In this document: piece by piece, positions 7,611 through 14,681 of the stretch
How the letters are laid out: every line of letters begins with the position of its first letter
Position numbering within the stretch: the stretch's first letter is position 1
Source of the DNA: a virus
Taxonomy: Duplodnaviria > Caudoviricetes
DNA length: 26,734 nt
Strand: one strand, 5' to 3'
Virus record (IMG/VR): IMGVR_UViG_3300022178_001959
Coordinates: 1 to 26,734 of that record
Made by a program: the position numbers and the translations under genes
The notes under the pieces: generated by a model
Database searches by the model: none
What the model saw: only the letters and a program-made list of their open reading frames with translations
Told to the model about the DNA's origin: nothing

Positions 7611-9151
7611 CAGAAAGGGGCCTTGTGCTGAGAACCGAAGTCCGGTGTAGTTATTTCCAGATCAGCTAAATCAAACGACGGTATCTGCCATACTCGGATA
7701 GAGCGGTTCTTTATTTTTAATACGGTGCTGCAACCGTTAATGTCGCGCAAACGCTGCGCGATGCGATGCGATTTGTACTCGAAGAACTTATTCTTCTTCA
7801 AAAAGTTCTCGAAGTCTCGCAACCGAAAGTAGGTGATCTTGCCTTCTTCTTCGGTCCACGGCCTGCGCAACAAGATCTCTTCTTTGTCTTGCGCAACTTG
7901 CATGTGACGACAAAATTCTTCCAAATAGTCGTAGAACTGACCACTGATGCTTGCATCTACAGCCACTTCAATGATGGCACTCTCGTTGTCACGCATTTCA
8001 ATCAGCAGGGTGCTTATGCGGCCTTCCCACTGGGGCTTAGCTACTGAGCGCGGCATGAAGTTAAGCTGCTCCATACACGCCTTCTGAAACGTCATCTGAT
8101 TCATCAGGGCTTCGGTGTCCATCTCTAATGGCTCGCCATTGACGTCCATAAACCAAATAGGCGGGGTAGAATTATACTTACGCAGGTTGGCGATAGATGC
8201 GCCTGCTATAGCGGCACCGATGCCGAACTTACGGGTACGGCACAGCTCTTTGTTGCAGTGCGCGTTGATAGGAGAGTCAGAGCATTTGTACGCATAGTCT
8301 TTGCGCTCAAGCTGCTTAGCAACCGTGTTAACTTCGCTGAGCGGCAATGGAGGCGAGATGTATTCCATGTTGTACTGTAGTATTTCCGATTTCCAGTCGT
8401 CAGGGTAAGCTTTGCGCAGATAAACACCGATGTTAAACAAGCCGTTGTTTCTGCCGCCTTCGCTTATTCCGTCTTTGCACAGAATCTGCAAACAAGGCGG
8501 ACCGTCTTGCAGACGTTTAGTTTCATTGCTGCCCACTACTTGCAGCTTAACCACCTGCTCGGGTGTTTGTGCATGCTTGGTATGTAACTCAATAAACTCT
8601 TCGATGGTGGCCGAAGTGCCGTCGTCTAAAAACGCATACCGCAGCCCGTCTTCGTGATTGTAGTACGGCAGGTTCAAGAAGTTGCCGACGTCGCCCCGGT
8701 CCAGATGCAGCTTTATCTGCTTAGGGAATATCTCGCTTTCACCGTAGCCCAGTGCAGCGGCCATAGCTTGAAGAGATTTCTGCATGTCTTTTGCAGGGGT
8801 CCACTCGGTAGTAAAAAGAAAACAATGTGCCCCGCCTGACTTTGAGCGGCACACGACCAGTGGCAACTTAAGCCGCCTGACTTTGTCAATCAGCAGCTTA
8901 TGGTCTAGAGGGTACTGATCGATGTCTATACAGCCCCACTTGCAGCTGTTGTCTTCATTAATAGGTATGATCCCAAGACCGTTTCCGGACCCGGATAAAT
9001 GATTGGCCCACAGGGCTTCTGTTTGCGGCTCGCGAATAACGCCGGCCTTACCTTGGGCTTTACCGTTCGCGCCTGTTTTCTCTATCTTAAAGTAACCGTG
9101 TGCTTCCTGAAGGCCTTCAAAGATGGCCATGAACTGTTGTAAATTTGACAT
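7610..9151 (-). CDS. archaeo-eukaryotic primase (AEP/primpol) with PriCT-like domain
   Basis: GLGIIPI...CKWGCIDID (DxD), RSKSGGAH, EIFPKQ, GNFLNLPY; then PPCLQIL...GGRNNGLFNIGVYL (PriCT-1-like). No Walker A in the C-terminal part. Confidence 0.85.
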   Translation of the reverse strand: MSNLQQFMAIFEGLQEAHGYFKIEKTGANGKAQGKAGVIREPQTEALWANHLSGSGNGLGIIPINEDNSCKWGCIDIDQYPLDHKLLIDKVRRLKLPLVVCRSKSGGAHCFLFTTEWTPAKDMQKSLQAMAAALGYGESEIFPKQIKLHLDRGDVGNFLNLPYYNHEDGLRYAFLDDGTSATIEEFIELHTKHAQTPEQVVKLQVVGSNETKRLQDGPPCLQILCKDGISEGGRNNGLFNIGVYLRKAYPDDWKSEILQYNMEYISPPLPLSEVNTVAKQLERKDYAYKCSDSPINAHCNKELCRTRKFGIGAAIAGASIANLRKYNSTPPIWFMDVNGEPLEMDTEALMNQMTFQKACMEQLNFMPRSVAKPQWEGRISTLLIEMRDNESAIIEVAVDASISGQFYDYLEEFCRHMQVAQDKEEILLRRPWTEEEGKITYFRLRDFENFLKKNKFFEYKSHRIAQRLRDINGCSTVLKIKNRSIRVWQIPSFDLADLEITTPDFGSQHKAPF

Positions 9152-9175
9152 TTCCTGTCCCCATACGGAAAGATA

Positions 9176-9196
9176 GGCGGAGCATGATGCTCCGCC
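9176..9196 (-). terminator. perfect inverted repeat; possible terminator/attenuator between SSB-like gene and primase
   Basis: GGCGGAGCAT-G-ATGCTCCGCC, followed on the minus strand by TATCTTT. Confidence 0.55.
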
Positions 9197-9207
9197 AGTA
9201 CGCTAAC

Positions 9208-9984
9208 TTAAAATGGGATGTTGTGGTTAGAGCCGTCGTCATCCGTATGCTTAACAACGACATCGCCGCTTGTGATGCTCTCTGCGAAAGTCTTAGCGCG
9301 ACCATAAAGGCCTGCGTCTGAGATAGGGCCTTCAACAGACATCTCCCAACCGTGCCAAGAACCTTTAGAGTTTTCCTCTGAGATAGTCTTAAGATGGTAG
9401 ACGTGAGAGAAACGCGGCGGCGTAAACGGACCTTTCGATCCCATCATGCTGCGTGACGCCATCATGCTGTTCCACTTACGCGACTTCTTAAGCTGCGTGG
9501 ACTTCATTGAAATAAGCGCTGTCTCAAACCCACCGTCGTCGCTCATCAGTACGACAAAGTGCTGATGCGTTTCTTCAATGTACTCGCCGCTGCCGTCAAT
9601 GACGTAGTCCTTGTTGTCTTCAGTAGAACGCTGAACCTGGGGACGAATGTCGCCTGGCTCGTAAATTGCTACCGGTGCGCCACTGCCGCTGCCGCGAGGC
9701 GCCCACTGAATAAAGCGACGCTGATATGCGCATGGGATAACACGCACGCCCAGCTTACCTTTGTACACCATACCGGTAACGGTATTGTAGATGTCGCCTT
9801 TACGAGCTTCTTCGTTTTCGTCTAAAATAGGATCATTACCAGACAAAACTTTCAAGAATGGAAGCGCAAGGTCATCTTGGCCCATGTTCTCCATGCCGCG
9901 ACCCGCGTCCGCTTCAAACATAGATGGATCAAATAAGACGATGTCGGAGTTTGTTGCTTCTACTACTTCTTTAGATATTGCCAT
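9208..9984 (-). CDS. putative phage ssDNA-binding protein (258 aa)
   Basis: ATG at 9984 with GAGG RBS. GMENMGQDDLALPFLKVL...ALISMKSTQLKKSRKWNS...NSKGSWHGW core and an acidic C-terminal tail DDDGSNHNIPF; located in the replication module. Confidence 0.65.
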   Translation of the reverse strand: MAISKEVVEATNSDIVLFDPSMFEADAGRGMENMGQDDLALPFLKVLSGNDPILDENEEARKGDIYNTVTGMVYKGKLGVRVIPCAYQRRFIQWAPRGSGSGAPVAIYEPGDIRPQVQRSTEDNKDYVIDGSGEYIEETHQHFVVLMSDDGGFETALISMKSTQLKKSRKWNSMMASRSMMGSKGPFTPPRFSHVYHLKTISEENSKGSWHGWEMSVEGPISDAGLYGRAKTFAESITSGDVVVKHTDDDGSNHNIPF

Positions 9985-9985
9985 T

Positions 9986-10567
9986 TTACTTGCCTCTCTT
10001 AATAACTGCACGTTGACCAACCCAAGCTCCAAATAATTCCATTGGAAAATCCTCTCCCGCTTCACAACGCTCTTTCACAAATGCGCGTAAAGTCTGAGGA
10101 TGGACTTCGGTTTTCTGTTCGGGGATAAACCCTTGTTGTTCTGCAAAAGCTGAGAACGAGCTTGCACGATCATCTTCCCCGCGACCAAATTGGCACACGA
10201 CAGTATTCTTAATGATGTCGTCGTAACCTTTGTCGCGCAGCCAGTTGTAGGCATCAGGACGATTCTTAACTAAAATAGACGCGCCATACGTTTGCTTTAC
10301 CTGTACAGTTGAGCCGTCGTCTAGCGAGAAGGATGAAATACCCATCTCAGCCAGCATTGCGGGCATCTCTTCATCGGTAAGCTTCTGTAAGTCTTTCTTG
10401 CATGTCTTGAGAGATTCCTCAAGCTTTTCAACGGTTGCTTCGGTGTCTCGAATTAAGCGCGCTAATCCTGCTACTGAAGTAAGTCCGTTCTGGTCGATCT
10501 TTTCGACAGATGTAGCCTGATTCTCTTCAAAATCCTGCTCCATCATTCTGGCGAGGTCGTCATTCAT
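9986..10567 (-). CDS. conserved phage replication-module coiled-coil protein (193 aa)
   Basis: ATG at 10567 with AAGGAG RBS. N-terminal coiled coil, then LDDGSTV...WLRDKGYDDIIK...VHPQTLRAFVKE. Function not assigned. Confidence 0.75.
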   Translation of the reverse strand: MNDDLARMMEQDFEENQATSVEKIDQNGLTSVAGLARLIRDTEATVEKLEESLKTCKKDLQKLTDEEMPAMLAEMGISSFSLDDGSTVQVKQTYGASILVKNRPDAYNWLRDKGYDDIIKNTVVCQFGRGEDDRASSFSAFAEQQGFIPEQKTEVHPQTLRAFVKERCEAGEDFPMELFGAWVGQRAVIKRGK

Positions 10568-10604
10568 ATTACTCTCCTTCGTGGTTAAAGGCACCGTCTG
10601 GGCC

Positions 10605-10645
10605 TTGACAAAGCTAGATATTATCTTATATCCTGTTCATGTCAA
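10605..10645. promoter_or_regulatory. overlapping divergent promoters (inward-facing TTGACA / TGTCAA)
   Basis: Plus strand TTGACA(10605)-N18-TATCCT. Minus strand TTGACA(10645-10640) followed by GATAAT/TAATAT at 15-16 nt. Central AGATA-T-TATCT dyad. Lies at the switch in gene orientation. Confidence 0.7.
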
Positions 10646-10671
10646 GCGGTTTTAAAAAAAAGAGGAACGGC

Positions 10672-12123
10672 ATGTTAAATTATATCTACGAAACTAACCC
10701 TTACGAGCACCAGCGGGTCGCTTTAGAAGAGTCGTGGTCTGCGGAGTATTACGCGCTATTCATGGAGATGGGCACGGGCAAGACAAAAGTGGCTATCGAT
10801 ACAATGGGGGTGCTGTACGAAGCTGGTAAACTCAAAGCGGCTTTGATTATAGCCCCCAAGGGCGTATACGACAACTGGGTTAGAGGTGAGATACCAATAC
10901 ACCTACCAAAACGCATCCCTAGGAAGGTCTGTCGGTGGATACCGTCCAAGACTAAACGCTTTGAGACGGAGCTGACAGACTTTATATTAGACAAGACACT
11001 GGGGCTTAAGCTGTTTGTAATGAATGTAGAAGCGTTCTCCACGTCTCGCGGATCTGACGCCGCCATCGCGTTTCTGCATCAGAATCCGGACAATATGGTG
11101 CTAGTAGATGAGTCGACCACTATTAAAAACCGGAAGGCTGCGCGCACTCGAAACATCATGGCGCTTCAGCAGCATTCTAAGTACCGCCGCATATTGACAG
11201 GGTCACCTATCACCAAGAGCCCTATGGACCTGTTCAGTCAGTGCAACTTCCTGGGCGAGAAGTCGCTGGGTCAAAACAGCTACTACGCTTTTCAAGCACG
11301 GTATGCAAATGTTCAACGACGTACCATGGGCCACCGCAGTTTTCAGTCTATAGTAGGCTATCAGCGATTGGACGAATTATCGGACAAGCTAGAAGTGTTT
11401 AGCAACCGTGTGTTAAAAGCGGACTGCCTAGACCTGCCTGCAAAAGTGTACGTCCGACGCGACGTAGAACTTACGACAGAGCAGGCTACTTTGTACAAGC
11501 AAATGCAAAAGTTGGCATTGGCTAAGCTGGACAGCGGGGAGTTGGCAACCACCGCCAGCGTACTTACGCAGATCATGCGACTACAGCAGATATGCTGTGG
11601 GCACTTGCAGCCGGACGATGGCACGGTACAGTCGCTGGACAACAACCGGCTGGATGAGCTGTTGGGGTTGACAGATGAGTTGCAGGGAAAGGCCATCTTA
11701 TGGGCTACGTACACACACGACATCCTGGCGATTGGCGCAGAACTTGGCGCCCGTTTTGGCGCTGATTCGGTGGCCACGTACTACGGCGCCACACCCCAGG
11801 ACGAACGACAGGAAATTGTCAATCGGTTTCAAGATCCGGAAGATCCGTTGCGATTTTTTGTAGGGCAACCTAGGACAGGGGGCTACGGCATTACGCTGAC
11901 GCAGGCCAATACGGTGATCTACTACAGCAACAGCTATGACCTTGAGATTAGACTACAGTCGGAGGATCGGGCGCATCGGATCGGGCAGACGAACAAAGTG
12001 ACCTATATCGATCTGGTGTCACCGGGTACGGTAGATGAGAAAATCCTCCAAGCCCTGCGCACTAAAAACAATATAGCGGGCGAGGTCTTAAAGGAGGATG
12101 TCCGGGGATGGTTGTGTAGCTAA
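10672..12123 (+). CDS. SNF2-like superfamily 2 helicase/translocase
   Basis: PYEHQ (Q motif), MEMGTGKT, DEST (motif II variant), LTGSP, GGYGITLT, QSEDRAHRIGQ. ATG at 10672 with GAGGA RBS. Confidence 0.93.
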   Translation: MLNYIYETNPYEHQRVALEESWSAEYYALFMEMGTGKTKVAIDTMGVLYEAGKLKAALIIAPKGVYDNWVRGEIPIHLPKRIPRKVCRWIPSKTKRFETELTDFILDKTLGLKLFVMNVEAFSTSRGSDAAIAFLHQNPDNMVLVDESTTIKNRKAARTRNIMALQQHSKYRRILTGSPITKSPMDLFSQCNFLGEKSLGQNSYYAFQARYANVQRRTMGHRSFQSIVGYQRLDELSDKLEVFSNRVLKADCLDLPAKVYVRRDVELTTEQATLYKQMQKLALAKLDSGELATTASVLTQIMRLQQICCGHLQPDDGTVQSLDNNRLDELLGLTDELQGKAILWATYTHDILAIGAELGARFGADSVATYYGATPQDERQEIVNRFQDPEDPLRFFVGQPRTGGYGITLTQANTVIYYSNSYDLEIRLQSEDRAHRIGQTNKVTYIDLVSPGTVDEKILQALRTKNNIAGEVLKEDVRGWLCS

Positions 12124-12132
12124 TAGCTACAC
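12114..12132. repeat. perfect palindrome spanning two convergent stop codons
   Basis: GTGTAGCTA-A-TAGCTACAC. Confidence 0.8.
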
Positions 12133-13356
12133 GGTGTACACTGTACGCCTTTTCTGTGCCGTGGTTCCAGGCTCGTGCCCCCCGAGGCAGTCTTGTATTT
12201 CTTCGCGGGTCACGGTCCTTCGACCCACTTCGCCATAAGTCTTAGATCGATCCACTACTGTCAGGAATGACCGTGAGCGCCAACCATGCTCGTGCGCGTA
12301 AGCATCAGCGCCCGCCATTTGGTTCCACGACTCTACCATGCACGTGCCCAGCTCTTTGCTAACGGATCGGTGGTGGATATGGCCAATATCAATGTAATGG
12401 TAAATGGTCTCGCCAAAATCCTGCGCGTAATCCGTCGCCATCACATCCGCCAACTTCACCGGCTTACATTTGTCCGAGTGATGAACCATCACAAGCGTGT
12501 TTCCCATCCGATACGGTATGAACACGTTACTGTTCTCAAGGATCGTGATGCGTGGGTTGTTCTCGTACAGCATAGACAGCCACATCTGACTCATGTGATC
12601 TAGCACGCGGCTGTGATTGCCTTGGTTAATAATCACGTCGACGTATTTGAATTTCTGTGCGCACCGCTCAATGATGTACCGGTATATTCTCCCGTAAACG
12701 TGAGCCATACGATATAGGCGGCCGTCTGTGTCGAGAGCGTGGCCACTGTGTGCCGTCGTACCACTCATGTTGTCGTAGTGTGCGAAATCCCCGAGGTCAT
12801 TAATAACACATCGTTCGCAAGCGGGGGTGCGTGTTACCAAGCGGTCTATCGCTAGACACAATTCCTTTTCGGCTATCTCCAGGTTGAAGTCTTGGCCTAC
12901 TTCGGCGGCATAAGCGATCATACCAATGTGCGCGTCACCGATTTGGAACCACGGAATTATGTCCGTTTCTAATCCGTTTTCGACGTATTCTTGTTGAACC
13001 AGCTCCGGAAGGGGCTCAACAAAAGCCGTTATAGCCGCTTTTACCACATCGATGTCGCGGTCCAATTCGGTCTTGGCCCAGTATTGAAAGACCTGTCCAT
13101 CCTTGACTTGTATGGTGGCCTTCGTTGCTGTCATGCCTTTAGGCATGGGTACGTTCAGTCCGATGTCTGGGTGGTAGAACCGAGCGTGGGCTTTCTTTTT
13201 CAGGTTATGGAGGTGTTCGTTTATGGTTGTTTTGCTGAGCCCCAGTTCTGTCGCTATGGCTCGTTCAGAAAGGCTTTTGCGTTTAAGTCGAAGAACTTCA
13301 CCTTGACGACTGGTCAGTTCCATCTCGTCGAATATCTCGTTGCTCCAATCCCACAT
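12127..13356 (-). CDS. calcineurin-like metallophosphoesterase with N-terminal HTH
   Basis: Motifs GDAHIG, LGDFAHYD, GNH, HHSD, GHIHH. N-terminal LTSRQGEVLRL...SERAIATELGLSKTTINEHL is a LuxR/sigma4-type HTH. Confidence 0.85.
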   Translation of the reverse strand: MWDWSNEIFDEMELTSRQGEVLRLKRKSLSERAIATELGLSKTTINEHLHNLKKKAHARFYHPDIGLNVPMPKGMTATKATIQVKDGQVFQYWAKTELDRDIDVVKAAITAFVEPLPELVQQEYVENGLETDIIPWFQIGDAHIGMIAYAAEVGQDFNLEIAEKELCLAIDRLVTRTPACERCVINDLGDFAHYDNMSGTTAHSGHALDTDGRLYRMAHVYGRIYRYIIERCAQKFKYVDVIINQGNHSRVLDHMSQMWLSMLYENNPRITILENSNVFIPYRMGNTLVMVHHSDKCKPVKLADVMATDYAQDFGETIYHYIDIGHIHHRSVSKELGTCMVESWNQMAGADAYAHEHGWRSRSFLTVVDRSKTYGEVGRRTVTREEIQDCLGGHEPGTTAQKRRTVYTV

Positions 13357-13380
13357 TTTAATACCCTGAGTATGAATTAA

Positions 13381-13465
13381 GAGGCTACCAGTCGATTCCC
13401 ATCGAGTCGGGCTCGGGCTTAGCGGAGGCCCGTTGCAGAAGGAGCACCTCCCATTGCGGTTGAAC
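13381..13465 (-). ncRNA. candidate structured RNA / 5' leader of the phosphoesterase gene
   Basis: GC-rich intergenic stretch with three consecutive hairpins (GGAG-GUG-CUCC, CGGGC..GCCCG, UCGAU-GGGA-AUCGA with a GNRA loop) downstream of an extended -10. Family not recognised. Confidence 0.4.
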
Positions 13466-13471
13466 AGGACT

Positions 13472-13480
13472 ATTCTACCA
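13472..13480 (-). promoter_or_regulatory. extended -10 promoter element TGgTAGAAT
   Basis: Immediately downstream of the structural-operon terminator and oriented toward the phosphoesterase gene. No good -35 at 17 nt. Confidence 0.45.
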
Positions 13481-13493
13481 CTATTTTACAGGC

Positions 13494-13524
13494 AAAAAAA
13501 AGCCCCGAAATAATCGAGGCTTTT
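13494..13524 (-). terminator. intrinsic terminator (possibly bidirectional) ending the virion operon
   Basis: Minus strand AAAAGCCTCGA-TTATT-TCGGGGC-TTTTTTTT directly after the stop at 13523; T4 tail on the plus strand. Confidence 0.85.
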
Positions 13525-13816
13525 ACCATTTCTCCTTGTCGGCCCAGTAGGCCGCTGACATTTTACCTTTGGATATGTTCTTTCCGTGGCGCGCTTTAAA
13601 CGAAGCACGTTTCTTCTTCATAGCGTCGGACTCGCCCGACTTGGGCTTGCCAGCGGTACTAGCGCCTTGCTCTCCAAATCGAATTGTTTTTACTTTGTCG
13701 CCTTGCTTTGCCACAACGACGTGTGACTTGGTAGCGTGATCTGGAGTGCGCTTGGGTTTATTAAATCCAGATACGCCCGCTCGTGCAAGCCGGGGGTCTT
13801 TCTTTTTTTCTGCCAT
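13523..13816 (-). CDS. conserved basic phage protein (97 aa, MAEKKKDPRL...)
   Basis: Lys/Arg-rich; KPKRTPDH.TKSHVV...KTIRFGEQG...RASFKARH...SAAYWADKEKW, a pattern I recognise from widespread phage proteins of unknown function. Start moved to ATG 13816. Confidence 0.8.
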   Translation of the reverse strand: MAEKKKDPRLARAGVSGFNKPKRTPDHATKSHVVVAKQGDKVKTIRFGEQGASTAGKPKSGESDAMKKKRASFKARHGKNISKGKMSAAYWADKEKW

Positions 13817-13847
13817 AATACCTACCAGCCTTTCTTTGCAATTAACG

Positions 13848-14000
13848 TTAGTCTCGTTTGTTCCAAAGTTCAAACAACGCCCGGACCTTGTCTTTTAGGC
13901 TTGCGACGTCTGCGTGCATCTTGGCCAGCACAATAACCAGTGTTATCAGTGCCAGCATTATGGGCGTCAGCACGCCCAGAGTGTCTAATACTTCCATCAT
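13848..14000 (-). CDS. small single-TM protein with coiled-coil tail, holin-like (50 aa; not in the ORF track)
   Basis: Translated by hand: MMEVLDTLGVLTPIMLALITLVIVLAKMHADVASLKDKVRALFELWNKRD. GAGGA RBS; fills the gap between two genes. Confidence 0.7.
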   Translation of the reverse strand: MMEVLDTLGVLTPIMLALITLVIVLAKMHADVASLKDKVRALFELWNKRD

Positions 14001-14006
14001 GTTCCT

Positions 14007-14681
14007 CTACCCGCCTTGGTTACCAAAATGAGCTTTCTCGGCGCGACCCACAAGGTCCACGAAGTCGTTGACGCGACTTGACAAAGCTTCTTGCTGCGCC
14101 TGAGAGTACGTGTCGGTCAAATAACTTCGGTATGACCCTAACGGTTGGCCGCCTCCTCCAGAAGGGCCTTGGTTCATCTCTGAAAACAACCCACCAACAC
14201 CCTGCATGGGCGGAGGGCCCATTGAACCTGGACCCATTGTTCCTATGTTGGAAAAATCAGTGGGTGCTTGCGGACCCATGCCAGCTCCTTTTTCCGCTAG
14301 ACTTCCCGGTCCGTTTACGAAATTAGGAACTATACTCTCTTGCCCCATACTCGTCGGAGAGCTCATTGAACCCGGACCCATTGTGCCGTAGTTGGAAAAA
14401 TCAGTGGGTGCTTGCGGACCCATGATGGCTCCTTTTTCCGCTAGACTTCCCGGTCCATTTACGAAATTAGGCTCTATATTCTCTTGACCCATACCCGTCG
14501 GAGGCGCCATACCCTGCCCGCCCATTTGCTGCTGAAAAGCGGGGGCCATTTGAGGTGAAGCGAGACTGGATATTCCGCCACCCAGGCGTTGCATTTGGGT
14601 TCTCATCGGGTTGGCATAAGGTGACGACAGTGCGCCACCCGTTGCCATGTATTGAACAGGTGTGTTATTTGTGTAAGGCAT
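14007..14681 (-). CDS. Gly/Met/Pro-rich putative virion-associated protein (224 aa) with internal duplication
   Basis: TAATG overlap with the upstream gene; PVQYMATGG motif; 48-aa tandem repeat. Confidence 0.75.
   Translation of the reverse strand: MPYTNNTPVQYMATGGALSSPYANPMRTQMQRLGGGISSLASPQMAPAFQQQMGGQGMAPPTGMGQENIEPNFVNGPGSLAEKGAIMGPQAPTDFSNYGTMGPGSMSSPTSMGQESIVPNFVNGPGSLAEKGAGMGPQAPTDFSNIGTMGPGSMGPPPMQGVGGLFSEMNQGPSGGGGQPLGSYRSYLTDTYSQAQQEALSSRVNDFVDLVGRAEKAHFGNQGG
14220..14503. repeat. 144-bp-period tandem duplication (2 copies, in frame)
   Basis: 14220-14359 versus 14364-14503, encoding MGQExIxPNFVNGPGSLAEKGAxMGPQAPTDFSNxGTMGPGSM twice. Confidence 0.95.

Noticed and set aside
10639-10671. 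Upstream ATG and TTTTAAAAAAAAG run as helicase N-terminus or frameshift site
   Set aside because: ATG 10639 lies within the promoter region and lacks an RBS; ATG 10672 has GAGGA, which places the A-run in the untranslated leader.
13381-13465. tRNA gene
   Set aside because: Cloverleaf-like but lacks the TTC T-loop consensus, a 7-bp acceptor stem and CCA; kept only as an unclassified structured RNA candidate.
14220-14503. Template/variable repeat pair of a diversity-generating retroelement
   Set aside because: The copies are adjacent and in frame within one gene, mismatches are not confined to adenines, and no reverse transcriptase is in the window.
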